From NCBI RefSeq assembly GCF_035084215.1, contig NC_090330.1:16616001-16680000 (forward strand): a stretch of DNA of 64,000 bases, written 5' to 3'. The position numbers and the translations under genes are program-made. The notes beneath the pieces are model-generated. The model was not told where the DNA came from. It saw only the letters and a list, made by a program, of their open reading frames with translations, and did no database searches. This document shows positions 13,301-26,010 of the stretch, in pieces (positions within the stretch are counted from its first letter, which is position 1; each line of letters starts with the position of its first letter). Source of the stretch: Heptranchias perlo. Taxonomy: Eukaryota.

Positions 13301-14829
13301 ACCTGTGTACAAATGGGCTGAGCTCACCCGGATTTGCATAATTTACCAGCCCTAAAGGCTGCATTATTGGATGCCAGCATTGTGCATCAGGCTCATTCCT
13401 GGAAGGTGGGTTGGCACTGGACGAGGAGAGAAATGGGGAATTTTGGGGCACCGGGTAAGAGAACCTTGGTGCCAGAGGGCCAGGAATTCTGGGGAGACAA
13501 AGAACAGAGGTGCCTGAATTTTTTTTTAATTGTTGTGGCAGCTTCTCTTTCAGTGGCCATTCCAAGTGGACACTACACACCTGGAGTACTGTTCAACCAC
13601 TCAGGCCACATTATGGGGCGGCCAACTCTTTAAGTAAAACTCAGTGTCTGAAGCGCCTGGAAAACATCTTGTGATATACTGTGTATATGTAAAACATTCA
13701 GGATGTCATGTACCAGGAGTGACAGTTACTCATTTTGATTGTGTCAATTCACATTTTAAACTGTTATATCATCCGTGGGACCTGTGTATGGAACCCAGCC
13801 CAGACTAATGAGTTGAAAGTCTGCTCGTTCAGCAGTAAAGATCCTATATTAAGTAAATTTGGTAGTCTCAAATCCAGTTCTTAATAGGTGTGAATCCACA
13901 ACATAAAATTGCCTTAAATTTGGCACTGATTAGCAGTAAATTGGCAATCTTATTAAGGAAATATGACCAGTGTAGGAAATGGAAATGTTACACAGTGCAG
14001 TAGAGTGAGCTCTTAGATTAGTTTTAAGGTATATTGTTGACATAGAGCACAGTGAGAGCAACCAAAACAGAAAAATCCTCTTTCATTATATCTGCAGTTA
14101 TTACTGAATTTGTGCAATCATCTGTTTATGAACCCCTCCCTTCCTACCTTGCTACTTACAAACATATTTTTACCTCATCTGCAAAGCTTTCACTGTCACA
14201 TAAAAACCTTATTTAGGAAGACAAGATGACAAGAGCGTTAGGCTTTCCCTAAGCTATTCTGAGTGCTATTCTGTAATCTGCTGATAGGAAGTGGAATTCT
14301 TTAGAATGGTAGAAGTTAATATTAACTTATCCTGCCCCAAACACAGCTCCTTGCTTTCATTGGGTACTCTACCGTCCAGCTGAGAAGTAAAGAAAATACC
14401 AAAACTACTGCAAATTAGATCATGATGTCATGCAACCCTGGAGCTCGAACTCATGTGTCACAAGTTGGAAATGAGTGACCATTTGAATTATTGGATTTCT
14501 ATTTTCTTGTGGTTTTCAGGTCAAAAGACGTACTTGTCTTTTTGCTATACCTTGTTGCATGAAATTTTCATCTTTAGTAGTCCTGACGCAGTTTCGCACG
14601 CTGGAAATATCAGGAATTCAAACTTGTTTACTCCCCATGCACACAATTTTCCTTCCAGTAAAAATAATGGAGGGAAAGTTGTGGGGGTCATGCATCTGAA
14701 TTCTTGATATACACTCCCAGTGCATAAAGCTTTGCATCAGGAACACCAAAGACTGAAAGTTTATTCTATTATGTTGTCCAAACATTTCACACAGCAAATT
14801 ACTTTTTACTGTATAGTTACTGCTCTTAT

Positions 14830-15170
14830 GTAGAGCAAATACATCAGCCATTTTTCACCAGTAATGTCCCACAAACAGCAGTAAGGTGAATGCCAGTTAA
14901 TCTTTTTTAGCAGTATTTGTTGCACATAAATGTAGGCTATGACCCTGGGAGAACCGTCTGCTCTTCTTCAAGTAGCACTATGGGATCTTTAACATTCACC
15001 TGACCAGATAGATAGGCTTAACATCATCTGAGGAATGGCATCTCCAATGAGGCAGAGCCCCCTCAGTACTGCATTAGAATGACAGCCCAATTATGCACCC
15101 AAGTCGGGGTGAGGAGCTTGACTCCAGTCTTTTGACTCAGATGATGCTGCTACCAACTGAACCAAGTTGA
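14830..15170 (-). mobile_element. tRNA-derived SINE, degenerate
   Basis: Similar to 38668-39045; tRNA-like head at the right end on the minus strand. Confidence 0.6.
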
Positions 15171-15284
15171 TTATCAGATCTACAAAAAGAAATTGTTAAA
15201 GCATTCTTTTACAAAGAAACTTACAGAAAATATCTTGAAATGCAGGATTTTTTTTTACTTATAAAATACTTATTAAAAAAAGCA

Positions 15285-15430
15285 TTTGGACAGTTACATG
15301 GGTAAGATGGGTATAGAGGGATATGGGCCAAGTGCAGGCAATTGGGACTAGCTTAGTGGTATAAACTGGGTGACATGGACATGTTGGGCCGAAGGGCCTG
15401 TTTCCATGTTGTAAACTTCTATGATTCTAT
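15285..15430 (+). mobile_element. CR1 3'-terminal fragment
   Basis: KHLDSYMGKMGIEGYGP followed by a TTCTATGATTCTAT tail. Confidence 0.8.
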
Positions 15431-15478
15431 TGGTATTAACAGCTTACACAATTCTATATGCATATGGAAAATATAATT

Positions 15479-15763
15479 CTAATCAATATCTATTATCTCT
15501 AAACCATCATTTTCATTTACATAGGATACAGATTCCACCACCTTCACTCCAAATACTCCAGAATATAATTCAGCCTTCGGCTTGGTGATGCTCGATTCTG
15601 ATGTGGTGCTACCACCTGACCTTCTTTTGACATCTGTTTTCAAAAGGTTTCTTTCAGCAAAACTTTCCACATCCCCTGCACTTTCTACATCCTCCACCTT
15701 TATATCCTCTTTGTTCAAGCCTGAAGCAACAGTACTGGATGATTTCCCAGAGCACAGCCCCAT
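15479..15763 (-). CDS. C2orf15: C2orf15 homologue, 94 aa, single coding exon
   Basis: MGLCSGKSSSTVAS...VESVSYVNENDGLEIIDID* matches both ends of recalled human C2orf15 (MGFSLSKSATQVS...GSVVYVKESDGLEMTDVE). Acceptor TTTTCTTCCTCCTCCCAAAATAG at 15864; syntenic with LIPT1 as in human. Confidence 0.8.
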   Translation of the reverse strand: MGLCSGKSSSTVASGLNKEDIKVEDVESAGDVESFAERNLLKTDVKRRSGGSTTSESSITKPKAELYSGVFGVKVVESVSYVNENDGLEIIDID

Positions 15764-16199
15764 CAGGAAGTCACACAGAAACACGGTCCGTTGCCTCTTT
15801 TGTTCAAATATGTTTCTTTGAAAAGTGGTGTGTTCTTTTTCAAATGAAATCCCATAAGAAAATCTATTTTGGGAGGAGGAAGAAAATCACAATGCATAAG
15901 ACATGTGTTTTTTACAATTATTAAATTGGGTATTATGCATGAATAAGCTCACTGACATCGAAAGCAGCAAAAATACAGCAGATAAATTTTGAATGTAAAA
16001 TTTCTCTCATGGCTAATAGATAGCTACCCAAAGGTAAAAGTTCCTCACCCATCCAATAAATAGCTGAGCACATCAGGCGCTGAATAGGCCTTATGACACT
16101 AGACGATGCTGGAAGCACTACAGCACTTCAGACACTCGAGAGTGCATTAGAGGCTCTATTATGCCATTGGCCAATTCACCTCATCATCACTGTATGTTG

Positions 16200-19100
16200 A
16201 AGAACTTACTTTTACTAGAGAGAAGATAAAGCGAAGACATAAACGAAAAGGGAGAGTAGAGTAATGGTCAGAAATTATGCTTTAGACACTACATGTAAAG
16301 GGAAAACTAAAACATGTAAACTAATTAAATCAGGAGAGAAATAAGAAATGTGTAAGAAAAACAACATTAGAGCAGAAGGACAGGTTAGGGTGTGTGGCCC
16401 AAATAAGCGTTCTTTATACAAATGCACGGAATATAAGGAACAAATTGAATGAATTAGAGGCGCAAATTCAACTTGGAGGGTACGACATAGTAGCCATTAC
16501 TGAGACATGGCTGCAAGACGGTCAGGACTGGGAACCGAATATACCAGGTTATAAGGCCTATAGGAAGGATAGAGAGACTGGTAGAGGGGGAGAGGGAGCC
16601 TTAGTGATTAAGGATGAAATTGCTTCAGTGACAACAGAGGATATAAAGAGAGGTAAGCAGGCAAGAGACTTTATGGGTAGAATTAAGAAATAGAAGAGGA
16701 TTTAAGACTGTAGTGGGAATTGTGTATAGGCCCCCTGGTAGCAGCTATGAAGTGGCAGAACGTATAAATGCAGAGATTAGACAAGCATGTAGCAAAGGTA
16801 GAGTGGTTTTAATGGGGGATTTTAACCTCCGTATAGATTGGGATAAGAGAACGAGCTCATGTCAGAAAGGCAATAAATTTCTTGAGTGTGTTCAGGACAG
16901 CTTTCTGCAACAATATGTCCATGAACCAACAGACAGGGCAGGCCATATTAGTCAATAGATAATGAGTAATGAGCCAGATTTAGTTAATAGCCTAACGGTG
17001 CATGAACATTTATCAAATAGTGATCATAATATGATCGAGTTCAACATTTGAAAGGGAGAAACCCGTATCAGCTACTAAGATTCTGAATTTAGGTAAGGCC
17101 AACTTCAACGGCATGAGATAAAGACTGTCCACGGTAAACTGGGCAAATCTGTTAATGGGTAAAACGACAGAAGATCAGTGGGAGGTGTTTAAAAAAATAA
17201 TTTAACGTGATACAGAACCAATTTATCCCCTTAGGGGAAGGGTTCTATTTGCCAAAAAAATACAGCCATGGACGACAAGAGAGACAACATAAAACTAAAA
17301 GAAAAAGCATACAAAAATGCAAAAAAAGCACAGATCCTGGCGACTGGGAGAGATACAAAGAACAGCAAAGGGTGACAAAACGGAGAGTAAGAGCTACAAA
17401 AAGGGAGTATGAAAAGAAACTTGCAAGGGATATCAATATCAACATCAACACAACAAATTTTTACAATTTTATATTAGGAAAAAGAAGGTGGCCAAGAGCA
17501 ATGTGGGCCCCTTAAAAACTGATAATGGTGATATTGTAATTTTTTTTTTATTCGTTTGTGGGATGTGGGCGTCGCTGGCAAGGCCAGCATTTATTGCCCA
17601 TCCCTAATTGCCTTTGAGAAGGTGGTGGTGAGCCGCCTTCTTGAACTGCTGCAGTCCGCGTGGTGAAGGTTCTCCCACAGTGCTGTTAGGAAAGGAGTTC
17701 CAGGATTTTGACCCAGCGATGATGAAGGAATGGTGATATATTTCCAAGTCGGGATGGTGTGTGACTTGGAGGGGAACGTGCAGGTGGTGTTGTTCCCATG
17801 TGCCTGCTGCTCTTGTCCTTCTAGGTGGTAGAGGTCGCGGGTTTGGGAGGTGCTGTCGAAGAAGCCTTGGCGAGTTGCTGCAGTGCATGCTGTGGATGGT
17901 ACACACTGCAGCCACAGTGCGCCGGTGGTGAAGGGAGTGAATGTTTAGGGTGGTGGATGGGGTGCCAATCAAGCGGGCTGCTTTGTCCTGGATGGTGTCA
18001 AGCTTCTTGAGTGTTGGAACTGCACTCATCCAGGCAAGTGGAGAGTATTCCATCACACTCCTGACTTGTGCCTTGTAGATGGTGGAAAGGCTTTGGGCAG
18101 TCAGGAGGTGAGTCACTCGCCGCAGAATACCCAGCCTCTGACCTGCTCTTGTAGCCACAGTATTTATATGGCTGGTCCAGTTAAGTTTCTGGTCAATGGT
18201 GACCTCCAGGATGTTGATGGTGGGGGATTTGGCGATGGTAATGCCATTGAATGTCAAGGGGAGGTGGTTAGACTCTCTCTTGTTGGAGATGGTCATTGCC
18301 TGGCAATTGTCTGGCACGAATGTTACTTGCCACTTATCAGCCCAAGCCTGGATGTTGTCCAGGTCTTGCTGTATGCGGGCACGGACTGCTTCATTATCTG
18401 AGAGGTTGCGAATGGAACTGAATACTGTGCAATCATCAGCGAACATCCCCATTTCTGACCTTATGATGGAGGGAAGGTCATTGATGAAGCAGTTGAAGAT
18501 GGTTGGGCCTAGGACACTGCCCTGAGGAACTCCTGCAGCAATGTCCTGGGGCTGAGAAGATTAACCTCCAACAACCACTACCATCTTCCTTTGTGCTAGG
18601 TATGACTCGAGCCACTGGAGAGTTATCCCCCTGATTCCCATTGACTTCAATTTTACTAGGGCTGCTTGGTGCTACACTCGGTCAAATGCTGCCTTGATGT
18701 CAAGGGCAGTCGCTCTCACCTCACCTCTGGAATTCAGCTCTTTTGTCCATGTTTAGACCAAGGCTGTAATGAGGTCTGGAGCTGAGTGGTCCTGGCGGAA
18801 CTCAAAGTGAGCAGGTTATTGGTGAGTAAGAGCCGCTTGATAGCACTGTGGACGACACCTTATGAAATGACAATAAGGAAATGGCAGGCATGTTAAATAA
18901 TTACTTTGCATCAGTATTTACAGTAGAGGAAGAGGATAGCGTGCCGGACAACCCAAGGAAACTAATTTTGAATCAGGCCGGGGACTCACCATAATTAACG
19001 TAAGCAAATTAACAATAATTTTAAAAATAATGGCACTAAAGAGTGACAAATCCCCAGGACCAGATGGTTTCCATCCCATCATTTTAAAGGAAGTAGGTGA

Positions 19101-20590
19101 GAACATTGTAGAATCCCTAACTATATAATCTTCTAAAGTTCTCCCGATTCAGGAACTGTTCCTTTAGATTGGAAAATTGCACATGTCACTCCGCTATTTA
19201 AGAAAGGTGAGAGAGGGAAACCAAGGAATTATAGACCAGTTAGCCCAACATCTGTTGTTGGGAAATTACTAGAGTCTATAATTAAGGATAGAGTGACTGA
19301 ACACCTTGAAAATTTTCAGCTGATCAGAGAGAGCCAGCAAGGATTTGTGAAGGGTAGGTCATGCCTGACGAACCTGATTGAATTTTTTGAAGAGGTGACT
19401 AATGTAGTGGAGGTGGGAAAGTCGATGGATGTTATTTATATGGACTTCTAGAAGGCATTCGATAAAGTCCCTCATAAGAGATTGTTAGCTAAAGTTGAAG
19501 CTCATGGAATTGAGGGCAAATTATTGACCTGGTTAAGAAATTGGCTGAACGGCAGAAGACAGAGAGTAGGGATATTGGGCAGGTACTCGAATTGGCAGGA
19601 TGTGACTAGTGGTGTCCCACAGGGATCTGTGTTGGGGCCTCAACTATTCACTGTATTTATTAACGACTTAGATGATGGGATAGAGAGCCACATATCCAAG
19701 TTTGCCGATGACACAAAGATAGGTAGCATTGTAAGCAGTGTAGTTGGAAGCATAAAATTACAGAGAGCTATTAAAAGATTAAGTGAATGGCCAAAGCTGT
19801 AGCAAATGGATTTCAATGTAGGCAAGTGTGAGGTCATCCACTTTGGACCTAAAAAGGATAGATCAGATACTTTTCTAAATGGTGAAAAGCTTGAAACAGT
19901 GGCTTAGGGTGTACATGGCTCCCAAAGAGACTTAGGGATCCATGTATATAGATCATTAAATATCATGGACAGGTACAGAAAATAATCAAAAAGGCTATTG
20001 GAATGCTGGCCTTTATATCTAGTGCCTACAACACAATGGGGTAAAAGTTATGCTACAGCTATACAAATCCCTGGTTAGACCACACCTGGAGTACTGTGTT
20101 CATTCTGGGCACCGCACCTTAGGAAGGATATATTGGCCTTGGAGAGAGTGCAGCGTAGATTTACTAGAATGATACCTGGACTCCAAGGGTTACATTATGA
20201 GGAGCGATTACACAAACTAGAGTTGTATTCCCTGGAATTTAGAAAATTAAGGGGTGATTTGATTGAAGCTTTCAAGATATTGAGGGGACCTGATGGGGTA
20301 GATAGAGAGAAACTATTTCCTCTGGTTGGGGAGTCTAGGACTAGGGGACATAGCCTAAAAATTAGAGCCAGGACTTTCAGGAGTGAAGTTAGGAAACACT
20401 TCTACACGCAAAGGGTGGTAGAAGTTTGGAACTCTCTTCCGCAAACTTCAGTTGATACTAGCTCAATTGTTAATTTTAAATCTGAGATTGATGGATTTTT
20501 GTTAACCAAGGGTATTAAGGAATATGGTGCTAAGGCGGGTTTTTTGGAATTAGGTCACAGATCAGCCGTGATCTCATTGAATGGCGGAAT
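16200..20590 (+). mobile_element. Near full-length CR1 ORF2 (APE endonuclease + RT), decayed and interrupted by a nested LINE
   Basis: LYTNARNIRNK...AITETWL (endonuclease), GIVYRPPGS...LMGDFN, SGVPQGSVLGP...KFADDTK (RT) and the C-terminal ORF 20133-20615; multiple stops and frameshifts. Confidence 0.95.
17540..18864 (-). mobile_element. Second-family CR1-superfamily LINE 3' part nested in the CR1
   Basis: ORF 17604-18452 with FADD RT motif, ending HHHLLKGN*; 3' tail GGGATGGGCAATAAATGCTGGCC...CCCACATCCC plus A-run; host sequence resumes on both sides. Confidence 0.9.
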
Positions 20591-22852
20591 CAGAATCCAA
20601 AGAATAGAAATTTGAGCTTTATGCAAATTACAAGAAGGATGGATTTGTAAGGGTGATTCCAGGATCGACATTTCCAGCAGGGAGCTGCATTTACAGCAAT
20701 AAACCTCTGATAAAGCAAGGTACGTGCATCTTTAACTGTAGATGCAGGTGTGAGTGTGCCAATGGGTGGCTGCAGAGTGTGTCTGGTGCAGCCTGAAATA
20801 CTTCTGTAGCCCTCCTTTTCATCCTGCCAGTATAGGAGGTTTCCCACTGGGAAATCCATTGTCCTACAACTGTTGTTGGCAAAGAAAATGGCAGTACCAC
20901 AACAATTGCCATAATGATTCCTGAGAACAGCAAAAAAAGGTTCAAAAATGCTCCGAGGATTGTTCAGAAACAGCTCTTGAAATCTATTTCCCAACGTATC
21001 TGTGCCTAACAACTCTGGACACCCACTTTCAATGGGTGAGAACATAAATTAATGTCACATAGTTTGCAATGCCAGGAAACTCCATCTAAATGACATCATG
21101 GGGACTTAAAATGTTAACATTAAGTTCTGATGCAAGTCGGAACAAGGAATAGACGTAATACACTAAATGTGCTGAGATTTAGCTTTTACAGATCTTTGCC
21201 CCATTTTCTAATTGGATTTGTCCAATTCATCCACCTGTATCAAGTAAACCCAATCAGAAAATCTAGGCTGCTGTGTCAGGGGACTCAAAGGCTAGAATTA
21301 GAGAAGTCATTAGATAAAGCTGAACCAGATTCTAAATCCAGTGAAGATGACTGAAGGAATTGTCAGAGGTTTCTGTGGAGGAACATTTTACAGAGAGAGG
21401 CATGTTCTACCAAGAATTGGATGGACTTGTTCCAGTTTGGACAGTTATAATGAAGAGCTCCTTTGGTTTGGCCTCGGTGAGTGACTGTTTAAAATAAAAA
21501 TTGGTAAGGCGCTGTTGTTGTTTTTCTGAATGTGGTTATTTTATTTTTATATTTTACTACTCAATTGCAGTTTAATATAGTTAACTATAATTAAGGTCAC
21601 CTGCAAGGAGTATATTATAAATTGCATTTAAAAAATAAATTATTTACATAATTGTGCTGTGTTTTGTGTTCCATAAATGGGGAATGCTGAATACTTGAAA
21701 AAATTAAATCAGAGCATTTTCAGATAAGGTCACTTCAGTAGAGATTCAACATGCAGTGCTTCATTTGAGTGCATCCAGCAAAGAATTAGTCAATTAGCTG
21801 TTGGTAATTCAAGGCATAGAATTTAACATTTGTATTGCAGCCATCTGTTCAGTTTGATGGAACTGAGTGCTCTATTTGTGATTAACATCCTAAAATTGCT
21901 GTGAACTGGTAAATGCTATAAGGTATGCTGACAATGAACTGCTAGGCATCGACATCTTAAATACACTCTGCCAGCAGCTACAGTTAATTAAAAGACTTGC
22001 AGCAACAATGGATTAAGAATGAGTGCACATAATAAAGTGGGTGATTTACATTTTAAACCATTTAATTCATATGTATGATGAAGACTTTAAAATGTTAATA
22101 CAGCCCACACATTAAACTCAAGTGCAGTAGAGATCATTATTTCTAGGCAAAACATGGTCTTTTCCAGTGTAGTTTCTGGATCATAATATTTTGGGATTAG
22201 TTTGCCTTTGTATTTTTTATTCTTTTAAAAGCATATTCATAAAATGATTGTAGAGAAGAACAGTCTACCAAATTTTCACAGAATCTTAAATCATATGTGG
22301 AAGATCAAAGAAAGTTAAGCACAGAAGGGAGGCTATTCACCCACTGTGTCTTTGACAGTGCTAAGTCTTCCACTGGAGCAATTTACTCTGATCTCATTTT
22401 TCTGCTTGTTTCCCTTATCCTTCAATAGTTTTAAAACCACAGAAAGATGCCTGTACTTACTGGTGCATGTCGATCCTCTATTATCCCTGTGCTTTCAAAT
22501 TGCTGGTGAAAAGCAGCCTAGGAGCAGACATTTTGTGAAGAATCCCCTTTCTGATGATATCAACCCTCTCCATTCATGATGTCACTGAACAGGGAATTTC
22601 ATAGAAAATGTTTGATCCCAGGCTGCGTGTGACCATTGGTTGGAAACTATAGAAACAGAACAATAAATGCAGGATTGAGAGGCACCAATAGCGCTCTCTG
22701 TCTCTGGATTCATTACTGCATGCTTCCTGCTCTCGTCATTCCAACATCAAAGACTGTTAATATATGCCATTCTCTGGAATTCTTTCTCAAAACCACTTTA
22801 TCTGGCTACATGTCTCCCTGCTTTCAAAAGTCTCCTTAAAAAAAATCTATTT

Positions 22853-23120
22853 CATAGAATCATAGAAAGGTTACAGCATGGAAAGAGGCCATTCGGCCCA
22901 TCAAGTCCGTGCCGGCTCTGTGCAAGAGCAATCCAGCTAGTCCCACTCCCCTGCCCTATCCCCAAAGCCCTGCAAGTTTTTTTCCTTTCAAGTACTTATC
23001 CAGTTCCCATTTGAAAGCCATGATTGAATCTGCCTCCACCACCACCCCCCTCCCCACCAACTTCAGGCAGTGCATTCCAGACCCTAATCACTCGCTGTGT
23101 AAAGAAGCTTTTCCTCATGT
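22853..23120 (-). mobile_element. CR1 3' fragment
   Basis: CATAGAATCATAGAA tail; highly similar to the copies at 3296 and 27985. Confidence 0.85.
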
Positions 23121-23324
23121 CATTTCTTTGACAATGACTTGGGTCTCCTTAATTTTTTTTCTTTCTTGCTTAGTGTCCACCTCTGTCATGTGTGAAGCAC
23201 TCTGAGACTTTGATTTATGCGAGGAGCCCTAAATAAATGGAAGTTGTTGCTCCCTTGATACCGATTCCATCCCCTTCCCTGGCATCTCACCCAACTCGAA
23301 CCCTGAGCTGAGCTTCAAACACCA

Positions 23325-23880
23325 TGAGGTAAATTTTAACCCCCAAGAACGGGTGGGTGGGGGGGGCGGGTAGGAGGTTAAAATAACAGCTTTTTGGAGC
23401 GGGACAGCATCCCGGCTGCAACCTGCCCACTTCTGGGTTTAACCCAGGCAGGTTTGTATGCGCATGCACAGCAGACACCAGGATGTCCCACCCCTACTTA
23501 AAGCCAGCGGGCCAATACTTAAAAGAACAATGTACCTCATTAAAATACTTGAGGTAGTTAATATTTTGTGCATTGGAAAATTAAAATGAATTGAACCATA
23601 CCTGCTCGGGTTTCCCATCGCTTCCAATTCACGTCAGGTGAAAGCAGGTGGGAAGGACCAGATCCATGAGGTGAGTGTGTGTCTGTCTGTCTTTATTGCA
23701 TTGCTTGTGGGCCCAGAGGAGAAGGAGTGCTTCATCCTAACAAGCTCACCTGGCGCAACAGGAACTCCACGATCAGCCGCCCCCACCTACCCCCCGCCCG
23801 GCTGGTGGACTCGCACCTACTTACGAATCTTCACGCGACCTCCAAACTCCAAGTCCCGGCCCCCTACCAACCCCCGAGTA
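23325..23880 (+). repeat. Dispersed non-autonomous element, same family as 50778-51700
   Basis: Aligns by eye to the reverse complement of 51140-51700 (CCCCAAGAACGGGTG, CAATGTACCTCATT, GGGTTTCCCATCGCTTC, GTCAGGTGAAAGCAG, TCACCTGGCGC). Confidence 0.7.
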
Positions 23881-23884
23881 ATTG

Positions 23885-24105
23885 TTGCATTGAAAAATGT
23901 AAGGGAGCTCTTCAGGAGGTTATGCTTCTCCATAAAGTAACCCAAACCGTGCAGTGCTCCTCTGCCTTAAAGAGCTGCAAACCCCAAAGCAGAGCAGCAC
24001 AGCAGCTGTGGAAGGAGGTGAGCAGGACAGGGAGTGTGAATAGTATCACACACAGCAACTCAGTGCTGCAAAAAGTTTGATGATCTTACTGAGGTAGACA
24101 AGGTA
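23885..24105 (+). mobile_element. Harbinger Myb/SANT-like DNA-binding gene remnant
   Basis: RAAQQLWKEVSRTGSVNS.../QCCKKFDDLT resembles the Harbinger Myb W..V....QCRKKFNDL signature; convergent with the transposase at 25.4-26.0 kb. Confidence 0.55.
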
Positions 24106-25399
24106 CGAGGAGTCAGCAACACTTTGTGAGGTGGCACTGTACAAAACAGCCTGGACTTTCCTCCACTATCTCACTACAAGTGGAGAAAATTGGATGACGA
24201 GATCTATTGCCACCTCCCTGCCCCAACTTTGGTTTTCCTCTCACACCATCATCGGAACCACCACTGGCCACTCCTTCCCTGCCTGAGGCGTTGAAATGCC
24301 AACAAGAAGGCAGGGCCTGGGGCTGAGGCCCATTTCTCTCTTCTCTGCCCCTCTTACTGCCACTCCCCAGGATTATCAGGAGAAGCCTGGCATTAATCTC
24401 TGGGGTAGCAGCTGTAAGGTTCTGAACTGCGAGAATGGAGGGACAGGGCCTTGTAGTGGTCTCCTCTCTCCATTTGGCCAATACCTACAAAAACTTGGAG
24501 CTTGTGGCAGCTATAGCCTGCTCTGCAGTGGAGGCCCCTATAACATAGGCCCTAAGAGCAGTCTGCGCTTTCTCCATGGATGCTTGGACAGCTGTCAGAG
24601 AAGACGGGCAGCAGATTGGCAAGGGCTGTCTCTTCGGGCTTCCAATTGATTGGATCTAGAATGGAGACAATTATCTCTCCTGAGTCCACTAATCTCATTA
24701 GAACTATTAGTTCCACTTTCCTGCAGATCAGTGGCCTTGCAGAGCCAGTGCCCAGTACTATTATTATGGGAGGAATATGCTCACAAGATGGTGCTGTGTC
24801 TCAGGATAGCAGCACATGCGTGATCCTCACCAACTTTCTCAGATATACATATGGCAGAAAGGAGGTAGGGCCAGGCTGCCTATGTAGGAGCACAAGAATT
24901 CCTGCAGCAGGTCCATCTCAGGATTTAGCTGCTGTGAAATGAGGACCACCTCAGTCTACCTCAGTAGCACCTAGGGGGAGCTCTAGGTTCACACTTCACA
25001 CAATGATATTAAGGGGAAGCACGTGATGAGAAACAAGAGGCACATTCATACACTATTGGTTGTAAATATAAGTATGATAGCTCTGATGTCATTGTGCATG
25101 TGGACACTTCTTGCAAAAGTTGAGAAGTAGCTTTGATGAAGTGGCATGCAGGTGAGCTGTGTAAGTTGAAGTGCACAGAGAAGAGTCTGTAGATAATGTC
25201 ATTTGTTGTGGGAAAGGGGAAAAATGTAGACAGGATTGTTTATGTGTAGGCCAGGTGAGATGGTCAAGAGAAGATCTCCCTTCAGATTGGTATGTGTTCT
25301 GCAGCTGGAAGCAGGTTGTCCTCTTCATCCTCTTCAGATTGTTACTCTTTTGGCTGATGCTCCTGCAGCATTGGCACCTCCAGTGCAGTGGACAGTGCA

Positions 25400-26010
25400 C
25401 CACCACAATCCTGGAGACTAGCCAGACTGCATTATAGAGAATCCTCAGAACAATGCAGGCACCTGAAGCGCATCTTCAAAATTCCAACTGTGTGCTCTGT
25501 GATGACTCTGGTGGAAGAATGGACCTCGTCACAGAGGTTCTCAGCTGATGTCCAGGAAAACCGTGCAGCTGACATCAGCCATGGCTGCAGAGGATAGCCT
25601 TGATCGCTCAGGAGCACCATCAGAAACTGGCCTTTCTGGGTCAGAGTGCTGGCACAGTGGACTGCCTTAAAATGAAGAAATCATGGCAGCTGCCAAGAAA
25701 GCACACTTTCACTTGCATGTTGCAGTGCTGCTGGTCATCAACGCGTTGGACATTGAGAGAGTGCAATTCTTTCCTTTTGAAATACCTGGTGGCATTGAAG
25801 AAGAGAGCGCATGTTGTCACATGGGGAATTCTATAACTCCTTGGACTTAATGGGGTCCTGCTACTCTAAGATTGCAGTGCCCCATCATTCTGCCTCTGGT
25901 TGTCCATGAGGAAGATGACAAACTGGCTTGTATGACCAAACAATGCATTTGTGACTTTTCTTATGCATCTGTGCACAGCTGATTGATTGTGGTGCTGTTG
26001 TCCCCAGTGA
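25400..26010 (-). mobile_element. Decayed PIF/Harbinger transposase
   Basis: KRKELHSLNVQ...GSCHDFFILRQS and LLSDQGYPLQPWLM...HSSTRVITEHTVGILKMRFRCL (DDE_Tnp_4-type motifs). Confidence 0.85.

Noticed and set aside
15764-15784. GTG-initiated extension MFLCDFL of C2orf15
   Set aside because: Non-ATG start; the first in-frame ATG at 15763 matches the homologous N-terminus.
16394-20615. RT ORFs as a retron, DGR or other prokaryotic RT system, or a CRISPR array
   Set aside because: All RT motifs are vertebrate CR1-superfamily LINE ORF2; no repeat-spacer array or operon structure is seen.
20590-21045. 151-aa minus-strand ORF (MFSPIESGCPELL...)
   Set aside because: No recognisable domain or convincing splice structure, and it runs into the CR1 end; unsupported without a search.
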